DNA from: the human T2T-CHM13v2.0 reference genome, Homo sapiens
Assembly: GCF_009914755.1 (NCBI RefSeq)
Contig: NC_060929.1
Reading direction: 5' to 3' (one strand)
DNA length: 64,000 nucleotides
A program made the position numbers and the translations under genes. Shown here one piece after another: positions 29,041 through 42,915 of this stretch (the stretch's first letter is position 1; each line of letters begins with the position of its first letter). The notes below the pieces were generated by a model. It ran no database searches and was not told where the DNA came from. It saw only the letters and a list, made by a program, of their open reading frames with translations.

Positions 29041-29409
29041 GATCCAGGCAATAAATAATTCTGCTATATTCAACATTAAAAGCCAGGGAATCCCCTTCAG
29101 CAAATTTGTTTCTGAATCCCCTTCTCAAAGCTTTAAAGAGTGATTTCACCACACTAAAGGCTCTTTCCTCTTAGACAATAAGCAGTTGCACATGTATATA
29201 CTGTTAGTTATAAGAGAGAGAAATATTCATTTCAATTCAAAGGTGTAAAGAGTGGTATACTGTAACTTTTCTGAAATAAATGGGGAAAAAAGACCTAAAA
29301 ATAGACATTTTTGGTCTGCACATTTTACAATATTATGTAATTCTTCACATGCAACAAACACTCAATTCATGTTGTCCATTCAGAGGGGGCAATGTGTACA
29401 GACAGCCAA

Positions 29410-29582
29410 GGGCCAAACAGAGGTAGCTTCAATCTAGGCTCTTTTACTTACCAGCAATGTGACTGCTGTGTGCCTCAGTTTCACCATCTTTTGAGGGTGA
29501 AGATCATGTTTGAAAAAAAAAAGAGTACAGTTTCTGGGCCATGAACCATAGCAAGTACTCAACAAATGATAGCTATTATTAG
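29410..29582 (+). mobile_element. MIR
   Basis: ctgtgtgcctcagtttcaccatct...atagcaagtactcaacaaatgatagctattatt. Confidence 0.7.
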
Positions 29583-30641
29583 TTCAGGAGTCTAAAAGCT
29601 GAAACTGACAGTCACCTAACCAAATATTATTCTTTTCCTCAACTACAGCAAGAAAGTAAAAATGACCAGGATCAGCTTCATCTCTTTCTAACCAAGTTTC
29701 CTCTGACCTAAAAGTGCCTAAGAAGTTATGATTTACTGATAAGAATTAACAGGTCTGAATGGTCCCTTCAGAGAAATTCCTTAAAACTTGCCTCCTAGAT
29801 GACTCGTGATTCATTGGACTTAGTTTCTATTTTTCACATGAGTTGTAGTAAGGAAATTCAAAAGTAGCTAAGCCAATTTCAGTCCATTTTCAATATCACT
29901 AATGGCTTTCACCTATCTATTTCTCTTTCTTGGCCTGAATGGTATAGTTTTATGTGAAAATCTCTTGTTTCTAAAGGAAAATAATTGCATACTTATAATA
30001 CACATAAGTTCCATCTTGTAAGCCTCCAAGATAGCATCAATTACCTATGTATAGAAGGAAGCCCAGTATTCAAAATGCCTTCTCACATTTCAGAAACACT
30101 GTCCTCTGTGGTATGAGAAATACTTTTATCCATAAAATTTCTCTAGATGATATTTTTCTCTCCAAAGTTACATCAACCACATATTAAAGTGGATGGTTTT
30201 TCTAGCCATATTAATAGTTTTACAATATGGATTAAGTTTGTCTTTGCTATTCTAGTTCTTGTGCCAAGTAAACTATGTCACGAACTAACAATACTTAGGG
30301 CCTTTGGTAACTGAGGAATTATATAGGCCAATCCTTAGGTCCTAACCCACAATTGTCTTGGATTTCTTTTGTATGGGTCTGCTGGTGGAAGAAATTACAA
30401 CTTTCCTCATATTAGATACTTTCTTTTTGGAACACCTATATTTGGTTTGCAGAAATAAAATACCATAAAATAGAAATAATGGTTTCCAGAAGCATTATAA
30501 AAGATATATTAAATAAGAAATTAAAATCTCTCTCTTACCAAAAAAAGTAGATATAATTCATATAGTTGAAACAATTATTTGACTATAGGGAACAATACAG
30601 ATAAATACATTGCATGCTATAATACCTAATAAAATTTATAA

Positions 30642-31097
30642 TGTATGTCAGTTTTTTGCTTTAGAAAAAGCAATGACAAGATTTTAGTGTCACAGGAACA
30701 ATGACACTTATTTCTTACTCCTTTGTCTGCAGGTGAGGAGGCTTCAGCTGAAGTCCAGGCATGGCCAGGCTTGACACAAAGCTGTGGGATGATTCCAAAT
30801 CTGTTCTGGGTTCCAAATCTGTCTTTCCTCATTTTGGGCTCAACAGATTACCCAAGGCATTCTCTCATGGGGATGGCAGAGAGCATAAAAGCATGCTGAA
30901 ATACCCAAACACATTTCAAATACTTGCTTGCGTCATGTCTGCTAACATCCCCTTGGCCAAGGCAAATCACAAGGTCAAGCAAGCCAAAAGTCAGAGCAGG
31001 CAAGTAAATTCTGCTCTCCATGAGACCTTGGCAAGGATGTGACTGTATACTACTCCTACAGAGGAATAAAGATTTGAGTCCCATGATTCAATAAACA
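30642..31097 (-). mobile_element. MLT1 (G/H/J-like) LTR
   Basis: catgtctgctaacatccccttggccaaggcaaatcacaaggtcaagc...gaggaataaagatttgag. Confidence 0.65.
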
Positions 31098-31109
31098 ATA
31101 AGAATGTAA

Positions 31110-31510
31110 CCTAAAGTATCTCTGTCACATGTGCATAGGGAGACATATAGATGGATATGTATATAGCATTGTTTATAAATAAGCAAGGAATTATGTCTAT
31201 CAGTGGGGAATGGGGAAATAAAAAATACTTCACTTATATAATAAAATTTACATGTTAGTTAATGCGATAACGTGGCAAATGTTTTTTAAAAAGCATTGTG
31301 GGTCAAATAAGGTACAAAATACTACATGTAATGTGATACCATTTATGTAATTTTAAAAGAACATACAAAGTAATATCATGCATTCTTTATGGATATACAT
31401 ATTTGTAATCCAGAATAAAAACATGATGGAAAAGAACATACTAATTTCAATGTAGTGAAGTGGAGGGAGAAGAGATGAGACTGAAGTTTTAGCAAAAACA
31501 CAAATTTAAT
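31110..31510 (+). mobile_element. L1ME-like 3' fragment
   Basis: tgtctatcagtggggaatgg...atgtgataccatttatgtaa...ttatggatatacatat. Confidence 0.55.
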
Positions 31511-31528
31511 TTAAAAAGAAAGAGCCCA

Positions 31529-31825
31529 GGCCAGGCGTGGTGGCTCACACCTGTAATCCCAGCACTTTGGGAGGCTGAGGTGGGTGGATCATGAGGTCAG
31601 GAGTTCAAGACCAGCCTGGCCAAGATGGTGAAATCCTGTCTCTACTAAAAGTACAAAAATTTGCTGGGCGCAGTGGCAGGCGCCTGTAATCCCAGATACT
31701 CGGAAGGCTGAGGCAGGAGAATCACTTGAACCCAGGCGTCAGAGGTTGCAGTTAGCCGCAATTGTGCCACTGCACTCCAGCCTGGGTGACAGACTGAGAC
31801 TCCGTCTCAAAAAAAAAAAAAAAAA
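31529..31825 (+). mobile_element. AluSg-like
   Basis: ggatcatgaggtcaggagttc. TSD aaagagccca on both sides. Confidence 0.95.
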
Positions 31826-32474
31826 GAGCCCATAAAAATATGGCAAACTGTGACTATTTCTTAAATCTGAGTGTGTGGTGAGTAAATGGATGTCTGTTCT
31901 TTATATATTCAAAATATAACTAAGAATTATAAATATGTTTTGTTAAATAGCATAAAGACTAACCCAATTACCCATAATGCTTTTGGAAAACACTGTCTCA
32001 CGAGAATTAAAGATTCATTGAGCTGAAACAATGAGACAGCCTGAAGACTACACAACACTCTCAGTAATTTGTCCATATATTATCAATTCTCACTCTCTGG
32101 GACTACTTCTCTCCTTATAGCACTTAGAGGTTTTATTCAAAACACTTCCATCATCTGTGAAAAAGCCTGATGTTTGATGACAACTTTAATTGTGGAGTTG
32201 ACTACCCATGCTGAGCAATCTGAGTTTTTCTGGATTTTGTCATACATAAAACTCCCTGGGAATAATTTTAATACACAGAGACCGTAAGTAGCAAATAGAA
32301 TAATACCCAACTTTGGCTATCTTCTTTGTTTTAAGGAGAGCTCTTGTTGGGTTGCAAATATAGGCTTGATTAAAATCTGAATGTGTCCACAAAAAAGAAC
32401 TCTCTAATTGAAAATGTGTTAGCGAGATTTGTGGGTTCTGCCAAATCTCAGCTGAGGATAGAGAGCTACAAATA

Positions 32475-32655
32475 TTGAACACCTAGTGTATATGTCAGGC
32501 ATTTGTGTCACATGTATTTTCCCACATGATCTTTTTAACAATTATAAAGTATAGGAATTATGTCCTCCACTAATGGTCAAAAATGACAGGGCAGAGAATT
32601 AAGTCCAGATCTGTCTGACACCAAAATCTGTGTTCCTAAATCACATCACTCTGCC
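32475..32655 (-). mobile_element. MIR
   Basis: ttgaacacctagtgtatatgtcaggca...ccagatctgtctgacaccaaa. Confidence 0.6.
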
Positions 32656-33759
32656 TAAGTTAGGGCACTTGGAGAAATCCCAGAGGGTCATCCCATCATC
32701 ACAAGAGGCCTGCTGGAAAAAAACCTCTATCCATGATGTTTACATTATCTACACTTGAAAAACCCTAAGCAAAACAGTAAAATCAATGTATTTGGTCTCT
32801 GAATACTCCAGCCCCTTTTTTCTCGATTGATTTAGAAACCTGCCTTTTTCAGGCTTACATTGTTCTTAGGTCACCCCTTTCTTGACCAGATATCCAGCCC
32901 AGACTTACTTCTAATTCACTGACAGTATCCTTTCCTTTATTCTCATTCTCTACTGAAATTATCAAATCCTCCCAGCTGAGCCTCATAGAGGAAAACATTT
33001 TAAAGACTGATTCATACTAACAATTGATCAATGTGGACAGTCCCAGAAACAAGTGTAAAAAATGTTATTATATAGTGACTAAGAGTGAAAACTAGCTATA
33101 ATTTCCATCAAAAGACCTAAAATAGTATTACAATTTAAAAGTACATATGGCAGTTCTATGTCATAAAATAAAATTCAGCCATATTGCAATTTTTAGAAAA
33201 TGCTTACAATTATTTATGGATAACATTAATGAATTTGCAACTACTACATCTTAGAACAAATATAGCCAACCAGACAACTCAATGTATTCCTTGCCCTGGG
33301 GATGTCAAACAAAGATATCAGAAGAGAACAATGGCCCCACAAGAGTGCAATCTCTCTAGATGATAAAATGTTATATAAGAAGAAGAATGGGTGAAACAAA
33401 TATTATTCTTTCTATTTCCTTTGCAGGAACACATCACAGCCTGGGACTAATATATTCAACCATTTTTTTACTTTAAGCCTCAGAAGGCACCAGCAACAAG
33501 TCTTTTTATCCCATAGAAGAAATTAATATTTTCCTTTCTATATAAGCTTATACCAACTACCTAAATAACACAACATACTAGAGAAGCCCTGAATAATACC
33601 ATAGATTTCAAGAGCCTTCCAAGGCAAATGACCCCCTTCTGCTCAGAAAACCAAACCAAACCCTCTGAGCACTTCATGGGCACTATGCTCATGCAACAAG
33701 TATTTACTAAGCACCTACTATGTGCCAGATGCTATGCCGTGTCCTCAGGATACAGTTGA

Positions 33760-34212
33760 TGTTAGGTAGCATCTCAGCCCCCAATGTCCTCTGCCTCTTA
33801 TTATTTACCCTGTAATCCCCTCTCCTTGAGTGTGGGCTAGACCTAGTGACTCTTCCAATAAACAAAATGGCAAAAGTGGTGGGATGTCACTTCCAAGATT
33901 AAATTATGAAAATACTGTGGCTTCTGTTTTGGAGGCCCTCTCACCCTGGAGAAAGCCTACTACCATACAGGGAGGCATCCCTGGCCCATGTGAATTAGCT
34001 TGAAAGCAGATCATCTAAGCCTGCAGGCATGAGCTCAAGAGCAAATCTTTCCTCCTAACTTGACTACAACCTCAGGAGAGGTCTTGTGCCAGATGAACCC
34101 AGCTAAGCCACATCCAGGTTCCTGACCCGCAGAAACTGGGAGATAATAAATCTTTGCTGTTTTAAGCTGCTAAATTTGGGGATAGTTAGACAACTATAGA
34201 AAACTAATACAC
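33760..34212 (+). mobile_element. MLT1E/F-like LTR
   Basis: ccttgagtgtgggctagacctagtgact...gggatgtcacttcc...ataataaatctttgctgttttaagc...aactaataca. Confidence 0.85.
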
Positions 34213-34459
34213 AACGGTTTATAAGACAAGGTCCTTGCCTAAGTGGAGCTTACAATTGAGTAGGTACTGATGGATGATAAACATAAACATAGATAATATC
34301 ATTTTATATACTTTTAAATATTATGGAGAAAGTAAAACAGGGTAATGGGAAGAAGAGTGACTACATAAGTGTATGGAAAAGGGAGACCCATCTGCAGAGA
34401 CCTGAGTGAAATGGACCTGAGCATTCAAGACAAAGGACATACGGGATTGCAATAAATTA

Positions 34460-34760
34460 AATGAAAAACTAGGTATGAGAATTCACCCAAATTCTGTTAA
34501 GCTAGACATTGAAGAAATTGACAAAAATGTAAGGCAATACTATTATTTTCAATACCTTTTTTTTTGAAAATTATAGTTTTTTATTAAATATGTATATTAC
34601 TGTTATTTTTAAGTGAATTAACAAATATTTTTAAATGTTGCTTTAATTTTTAATATAATTATCAATAGATATAACTCATGTAACAAAATATTTTGGAGAA
34701 CCTCAACAATGTTTAAGAATACAAAGGGGTCCTGAAACCAAAATGAATGAGTACTGCTGG
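34460..34760 (+). mobile_element. Charlie1 3' end (hAT)
   Basis: aagctagacattgaagaaattgacaaaaatgtaag...aaaggggtcctgaaaccaaaa. Confidence 0.75.
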
Positions 34761-37157
34761 TATAGAGTATTGTGGAGCATGGCTTGGAATGTGACTCTTG
34801 TTCTAAGTTGAATGGGATAAAATTCCATTGAAATGTTTCTAATCAGAATGCTGGGATCTGACTTACATATTTAAAAGGTTATTTGGTATTCTGTAAGAAG
34901 AATGGACTGAGAGGAAGACAAATGAGAAAATCTGTCAGCACTTGGCAAATAATAACCCACAGAGGTTTTCACAGGGACCTGAAAAGGAACAGTTCTGAAA
35001 CTGACAGTTGAATTTTTCACATTAGAAAAAAATCCCATGTGAAACCACCCATATCTCTATTATGCAACTGAAGGCTTGCTATTATCATATTAATTTAAAA
35101 GTATAGGGTGAAACAAATCCTGATGATACAGGATGCCATTTCTTTTCACTTGTTTTTCAGACCCTGGTAAATGTATCCCAAGCCTTCATGTTATATTCTG
35201 TGGACCTTCCCTGGGTACACTACATAATTTCTAAGCAAAATAGCAAAATTATACTTTGGTGACATTATCTGCAAGATGAAACAGCCAGAAAACAGGGCTA
35301 CCTGCTGGCTGCATTAGGCCTTGCTTTTGCCATTATGAAATTCATGCTTCTATAAATTGGCAGTAATGGAATTTCACCTGCCTTTTAAATAGCACTTTTC
35401 GAGATGAATACAATGTTATCTCTAACACTGATATGCCACAAAAGTAGAAAACAAACAAATCAAACCAAAAAGTGTCTAATTTTATTATATCATTTGGTGA
35501 AATGTGGTGGGGGTTTTTCCTGCCAAATATCAACCTACAGAAACAACAGGATCTACTCTGACATTCTATAACATTAAAATCTCAATAAAACTGAATTACT
35601 ATAGATGTTTTAAATATATTTACTAAACTTTTCTGCCAATTCTAAGAAAAACCCAATGCTGTCACCAGCTAAGAAGTTTTAGCTTCATTTTTCCCCCCAT
35701 AATTAGTGTTTCAAGAAACATAGTTAAAATGCCAGGAAAAACAGAAATTATATGTTTTTTTAAATTATATGAATTTCTGACTTTGTTCATAATCCTCTTC
35801 ATGAACTAACCAAACACAGAGGTAAATGCCTACCCAATGTATCCTAAATACAATCCCACATATCACATCATTCTCATTGCACTCAGTAATTTCCTTTACT
35901 TACCTCTAGAAATGTCAAGGAAAAAAAAAAGAAAAAACTTCCAATAATTTTTTTTTCTGAGTAGAAAAGAAACTGGATGGCATTAAAGAATAAAACATAA
36001 TGGCACAAAAAGAAGTGAAAATCTGCTATGGATTTGGTATAGTGTGGCTAATTTGGGCTACAGAGTACTATTTTAACCTAAATTGCTCATCATGGCTTTC
36101 AACATAGAAAAGCAGAAGAAATATCAGATTATTACATTCTCTTTGGGCCAGCTTCAAGCTGACAGTTTTAATATTGCTATTGACCGGTGGCAGAACAGAA
36201 ACTATTTTCTTGGCTTTGTGATTATGAAATCAAATGTGGAGTAAATGCAAACAAACCTGATATTAAAAGGAACAGCTTTTCTGAAATGAAAGTGTGATAT
36301 TTTTTAAGCACTCCTTGCAACCTAATGGAATTTACCAGAATGAATTTTAAATACTATGTTTGAAATAGAACTTGATTTGCAAAAATTCATTTCATGCAAT
36401 TTTCAAAACTGTATTTAAAGTAAAGCACACAAAACTTATTAAATTATTTGCACAATAGGTAGAAAAAGGAAACCCTGGCACTCGGTTTAATTTCCTTCTA
36501 CTTCTCTCCATCTTCCATCCTTTGCTCTTGCCCTGATTGATAAACTCTCAAGACCTCACTGTTCCTGCTTGGTAGGGTAGCAATGGCCATACAAAGCAGG
36601 AAGGTTTAAACAGAAGTAGCACTGAGTGTGCTATGGCCAAGCTTACACGGGGCAGCTGCCAGCATGATGTGATTTTGAACATTCCAAAAGGCCTCCATGC
36701 CCCCCAAATTTTTCCCACTAGCTTCTACTTCAGAGCCAGAAACTTCCATAGCTTACACCCTTTGACCCAAGGAAGTGGAGACTCTTGCCTAAACACCAAT
36801 ATTACCTAGAAGATAATAGCATAGCAAGGATTAAGTGAAAGGTAAAAGAATGACCTTCTAAGAGTTGTGAGCCAGCACAATAGTGAGAGACCGCAAAATC
36901 CAGACTAACTAAAGTGGAAATTTCATGCACAATAAACTTGTGTGGGTGAAATGAGAAAGTACAGTGTCACTAAACTGGGACCTTTGTGCATAAGTAACAT
37001 GGTGAGTAATGGGTGTTCACTGACAGGACAAAACGAATCTTCCTACTGGAGCAGAAATCCAAAGTCTTGAGATAAAAGCAAGTAAGGAGATACAGGAAAA
37101 GCATGTGCCAAGGAAGGAAATCAGATATAAGTCAGAGGAGTTTTTCTCTGGGGCATC

Positions 37158-37496
<339 letters not shown>

Positions 37497-37739
37497 TAAC
37501 CTTCCAGCAGTTGATGAAAAAGGATATGATAAGCTTTGTACTCAAATATACATTTGATATTATGGCATGGAAGTGAAGTGGAATTGTTCAGTAGGTTGGC
37601 ACTAACAGTCTGTAACTTAGAAAAAACAGGACTAATGGTTTTAGATAAAAGAATTTTCCATAATGAGTTGATGGAGGAGGGTGAAGAAGTGACATTGCCA
37701 GCAAAATATATTAAAGAAAGTAGGACAGGAGCTATAGCT

Positions 37740-38125
37740 ATGGGAACCCAGAGTAAGCACTGAGTGAGGAAAGAAGCAAGAGAAGGATTTGGGGATGAAA
37801 AAGTGGAGCAAGAAGGGTGTAGATAAATAAAGGAGGGTAAGAATTCCAAGAAAAAAAAGTGTAAACAACAGTGCCAACTGCCAAACAGAAGCAGTCAGGG
37901 TAAGAACTATTCAAATGAGCCTGGGTGGAGCAGGGAGGAGGACACCAATGACCTTCACTGAATAGGCTGAGTGGAATGGTAACGACAGACTGTGCTAGGA
38001 GAAACTAGAGGCACTAAGCATAAACCACTCAGTGGCCATTAAAGGAAATACAGAAGCAAAGGATAGCTCAAGGGAGGAACAGCGTTAATCAAAGATTTTG
38101 CTCAAGGTAGAGGAGACCTAAAAGA
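37740..38125 (-). mobile_element. L2 internal fragment
   Basis: Purine-rich degenerate L2-like sequence (ccaatgaccttcact, aaggatagctcaagggagg). Confidence 0.45.
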
Positions 38126-38483
38126 AGAAGTAGATCTTATCTCTTCCTTCTGGCTCTGAAGATGGTAAAAGCGAGTTAACTAGACAAGAATTATTTTGAC
38201 CACAAATCTCTCCAGAAAAGGAACTGGGAAAAGATTAACTCCCCCTCTAAAGTAACAGATGTTGGCTTCTCCTCCAGATACATTTGTTAAGGAATGTAGG
38301 ATGTTCCTCCAAATACTCCCCACTCTATTCTACACCACCCTACTCCCATCCCTGGGACATTATTTTCTTTGTACCAGTTCCCCTCCCACTGGGTCCCAGT
38401 TCACCCATTTCTCACACCAGGCCTGGTGGTGAGACTCATTCACTTCCCTTGTTTTCAGCTGAACTATCTACTTTCCTCTAGAC

Positions 38484-38710
38484 CAGGGTTTCTCAACTTC
38501 CACACCGTTGTCATTTTGAACCCAGTAATCTTTTGTTGGGTAGGTAGGAGGTGTAGTCCAGTGCAGTGTAGCTTAGTAGCATCCCTGGCCTCTCCCCACC
38601 AGATGTCAGTAGCATGTCCTCCCACAGTCAAGATAATAAAAAATGCCTCTAAACATTACAGAATGTTCCTTTATGGGGAAAATCCCCCACACCCACATTG
38701 AGAATCACTG
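38484..38710 (-). mobile_element. MER20 (hAT-Charlie MITE)
   Basis: TIRs cagggtttctcaa...ttgagaatcactg, internal agcatccctggcctct. 8-bp TSD-like ctctagac/ttatagac. Confidence 0.9.
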
Positions 38711-39116
38711 TTATAGACACTTCTCTCCCCCGATTCTCCCTATAGACTGAGATAGACACCCTGCTGCACCCCACTTCTCCCATACTACCTGTCCCTGAAA
38801 CAAGCAAATGATGCTTTTCATTTTCTTTCCGACAATTTTCACTACTGATAACTGACAAAGCTTAACAAATATCATCCTAACAAAATTCCAGTTTCAAGAA
38901 TGCTCACAGAGTTACCATGCTCCTTAGATTCCAGGGAAATGTGAAGTAAGCAAGGGCTGTAGTTTCCATGCCCACTTCCTGGACTCCCTTCTTAGCCAGC
39001 ATGTGGGATGTGGCTGCACCCTAGTTGATGGTGAGACTGAGTGCTGGACCTGCCTCCTGGTTCACACTCATGTGGACACACAGTCAAGTTGTTAAGTCCA
39101 TTAGATCTGGTAGGTT

Positions 39117-39584
39117 TGGCAGGACAGCTCTCAGCACGTTGGACTGGCCCTGTGCTGATCCCTCCTTTCTCACTTCTATTTCTCAAGAATAGCGATAGGG
39201 TGTGCTGAGAATGTAACATCCTGAAATAGGGAGATACTGGCCAGCACATCCTGGGCTCTGTTCCAGTCCCCCAGAAACAGGATGCCCTTCAGTGCTTTAG
39301 CCCAGTGAGTCTAGCAACCCTGGGGTATAAAACCTAGTGAGGGCTGCTTTCCTGGGTCCCTTAGCTGCAGTGCAAATAGGGCACATGAAGCAGACTCCAT
39401 CTTCCACAGGAAGCTTTCCTAAGCCTTGGGGGACTGACTGACTTGCAATGAATTCTACACTTCTGTTGTCCCTTCCTACCTATCTGTAAGTAATAAACTT
39501 GCTTCATGTGGTGTGTTGTGTGTGTGTCTCGTCTCACCAGACTCAGACAAGTTGATATCTAGTTCACAGTGAACCTGCTTTGCA
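39117..39584 (+). mobile_element. ERVL LTR47-like solo LTR
   Basis: ctgggctctgttccagtccccc, TATAAAA at 39326-39332, AATAAA at 39492-39497, ending cacagtgaacctgctttgca. ggttt on both flanks. Confidence 0.8.
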
Positions 39585-42500
39585 GGTTTGCTTATTTCAT
39601 TGCCAGGTATTCATAGTACTGTCACCACTTTTTGTCAAAAATCACCGTGTAGTTTTTCTGCAGTTTTTACTTATTCTGCTATCTCCACCCTCAACATCTA
39701 CTACTCATATATTCACCCTGCCCAAGTTTTAGTTCATTCTTAACTGACTTTGCATCATACTTAGAGACTTTTATGATTCCAGTCCTGGAATGTTAATCCT
39801 TCCTGGGATGCTGGGATGAGAAATAGCATCTCCCATTTGACTCCAAGGCTCCCAACTTAGCTCTCAAGCTGACCTCATCCATCTTGTTCCCCTGACGGTC
39901 TTTACAGCTCTGACTGTGTGATTCATCCCTTTCCCCAGTCCTATTTTTGCCTGCACTTTCATTTGCCTTAAACATCTTTTTACTTGAATGTCAAGACAAG
40001 TTTCACGTATTAGACCTTATATAAATTCTTCTTTACAGTCCAAGCAACATCGTGAGTCCTTAGCTCATTTGAACAGAAGATATGATAAATATACCCTAAA
40101 TTGTCAATACATTTCTGACGGATTACAGTAGCTTTGCCTACTTTTCAAAGCCTCTTTGAATCATTACTTGTGTCCTTTTCCACATCTCTCTAAGGAAGTG
40201 GGTTTTTTTAATTAGGTCGTTTTACATATAGAGCAATACTAATTGATACAGTTGACTGGAGATACAACCCTGACCTCGTGACCAGCAAGGACATTAAAAT
40301 CTCTTGCTTCTAAATTGGATTTCTTTGTGGAAACATATTTGCGTATCTCTTTGGAATCCCCTCTTTGCATGTTAATTGGTTGAAATACAAAATGATATTG
40401 ATTGGTCCTATAAAAAGAAAGAATATGGCTTGTCTTCCTTATCTTTTTATCATCTTGAAGATGGTTAACATTTATCAAAAATAGTCTATGCTTAGCAGTA
40501 TGCTACAATTGGCTCCTAGGCAACATGGCTGTGTTCTTGCTTTCAGCCCTCTGCCCTCACATGAGTACTAAGAAAAATAAGTGCTTATTTTTCTGACCAC
40601 TTTTTGACTAATCTATTCAGTCCATGCTCCAAAATATAAGTGGACACTTCTCCTGAGGCTTTCGCTAAAAAACCCTTTCCAAATCCTACCAATTCTCCTC
40701 TCAAATTGTGTAGCCTAACATAACCACTAACTCTAGCAAACCTTAATTTGCTTAAAAATAAAAAAAGAAAAGAAAGTCCCCAAAATGTCAATACAAGAGC
40801 CCAGGATATTCACCACTTGACCAATGACTGACAGTAAACACACACACAATGAGCCCAGTCCTTCCGCTGAACCAAGACTCTTGAGAATCTGAAGAACATA
40901 CACATTGAATTGATCTACTCATGTCACAGACGAAACTGACAGGAGAGAACATTTATATCATTCTCCTCTCTAACCTACAAGATAAAGACTTGTCATGTGT
41001 CACTATAATTGTTTCCCCATTATTAAAATGTCCATTGCAGAAAACTCAATAAATAACAGAAACTATAAGCCTTGGACTACATCCAAACTTTGTATTTAAC
41101 TGACTTAGGAAGGTTGACTAAAATTCCGCTTGGTGTTGTAACTTAAAAGCAAGTGAGATGACAGCTCTAAGAATACATATACATTCACTTTTTGGAGTCC
41201 CCCCAGATTATTTCTACAATTTGGAAGAATTGTAGAAATGATGAAATGTACAACAAAAATCACAGAGGTGAGAATTAGTCCCCGTGGGTGTGCTGCGATT
41301 GAATATAAGAGAGAAAGTGATAAATTTGGAAAAGAGAAGAGGAAGCATGTCTCTTTAGGCCACAGAAAATAACATACAAACTAGGGAAGAGCGTAGGAAG
41401 CGTTTTTCTCCTACTTCTTGCCTCCCACAGGAAATCACTAATACTTTCTGAGAAAAGGGATAAGCTGTCCAGTTTCTACTTATTAATGAAACAGCAATTT
41501 CTAGACTTAAGCATATTAGTGAGCACTGTTCTTTATAATAGCTCCAGAAATTTCTGCTTAGGAACAACGACAACAAAAAAACACCACCACCTGAGAGTAA
41601 TCCCCATTGTTTCTAGGGTAGACTCACCCTAATTTAAGTGTGACTCAAAAGTGTGACTCTAAAGAACTGCAAGCAGATTAATGTAAGAAACTCCTGCTAA
41701 AACCCTGCTAAAAACACTCCAATATAATGTAATCCTCCTTATCCATGACTAATTGAAGCAAAATGGGCAGCACACAGAAATGTGTGCTTTCAAAAGGAGC
41801 ATGTTAAGCTTGAATGTGACATACAAGCCTTTTCGAGAACCTTTACTAGACACAGTTGAGTGGAGGTATTGGTTCCCCCATTTCCCTTCATTTGCCCTCT
41901 TCTGAATGTGACCACTGTGTAGGAAGAAGGTCTAGCCCCTAACAGATCTTGGTCTGGCGTCCTTAATCCAGAGCAGCACTTTAAGGGGCCAGGTCAATTA
42001 TCAGGGAGAAAAAGGCGAGGGCATCTTCCTTCCACTCTCTCCTCCCCCAAACTAAACCTTACTTTTGGGATTGTACCCAGAATTAACCTGGAAGCCCAAT
42101 GATCACAGCAGACAGACCTAGATTTGATCTGACAATAATCCCCAGGATTGACCACCAAGCTAATTTCCATCTCTAGAATTTCACCACCCACCAGCCTTCT
42201 CCTAAGTCATTTTCACTAGATAATAATGAAAAACATTCAGATCTCTAGCACAATCGCATTTTCTGATTCAGAGGAGGAAACAATGTCACTAAAAGTCAGA
42301 AGGTATTTACAGAACTTCTAATCTCATCTGTCCCCTATTAACAGTAATACTTGATTCTTTATGTAGTTCTGTGTTTAATAATGCCTCCAGAGAAATAGGT
42401 TCTGATCCATTTGAAAATTTTGGAATTATTGTACAATCTTTTTTAATTATTTAGAGATCTTTTCCTACATTTGAAGGCTTCAAAACAGTAGAAAAATATG

Positions 42501-42915
42501 TTCCCATGAAACAGCATATATTCAATATACTACCATGCCGAAATTTTGGGAAGGGTGTCGGCTTGTATATGTGTTATAACCTGAATGAAAAACATGGCTA
42601 CGTGATTTAAAATATCTAACTTTCATTACCACTTGGTGTGCAAGGAAGGCTCTGAAGGATCTGTTTTCCCACCTCTGTTTTCAGATCCCCACTCTCCACA
42701 CATTTGCAAACTCAGATCGCATTGTTTTCTTCACATGGAGGAGGGGATATGTCCTCCCTGGTTAGCATTTTGACCATCAGAAGACTAGGATCACTACGTA
42801 ACTGATTATCCATATGTTTCTTGCCTGATAATTAAGATTTATATTTTTGCATGAAATCTCAATAATCCAGAAATGCCATGTGACATTAAATATTTCTGTG
42901 CTCTTCTTTCCTACT

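Larger units (their letters stand above)
33690..34925 (-). mobile_element. L2 (interrupted by MLT1F-like and Charlie1 elements)
   Basis: caacaagtatttactaagcacctactatgtgccag, resuming at gacaaggtccttgcctaagtggagcttaca and gggatctgacttacatatttaaaagg. Confidence 0.7.

Noticed and set aside
36480-36800. Possible ancient LTR fragment
   Set aside because: Too degenerate to support a call.
41207-41242. TTTCTAC...GTAGA hairpin resembling a Cas12a repeat
   Set aside because: Single copy with no spacers or cas genes, in primate DNA. No CRISPR array is visible anywhere in the window.
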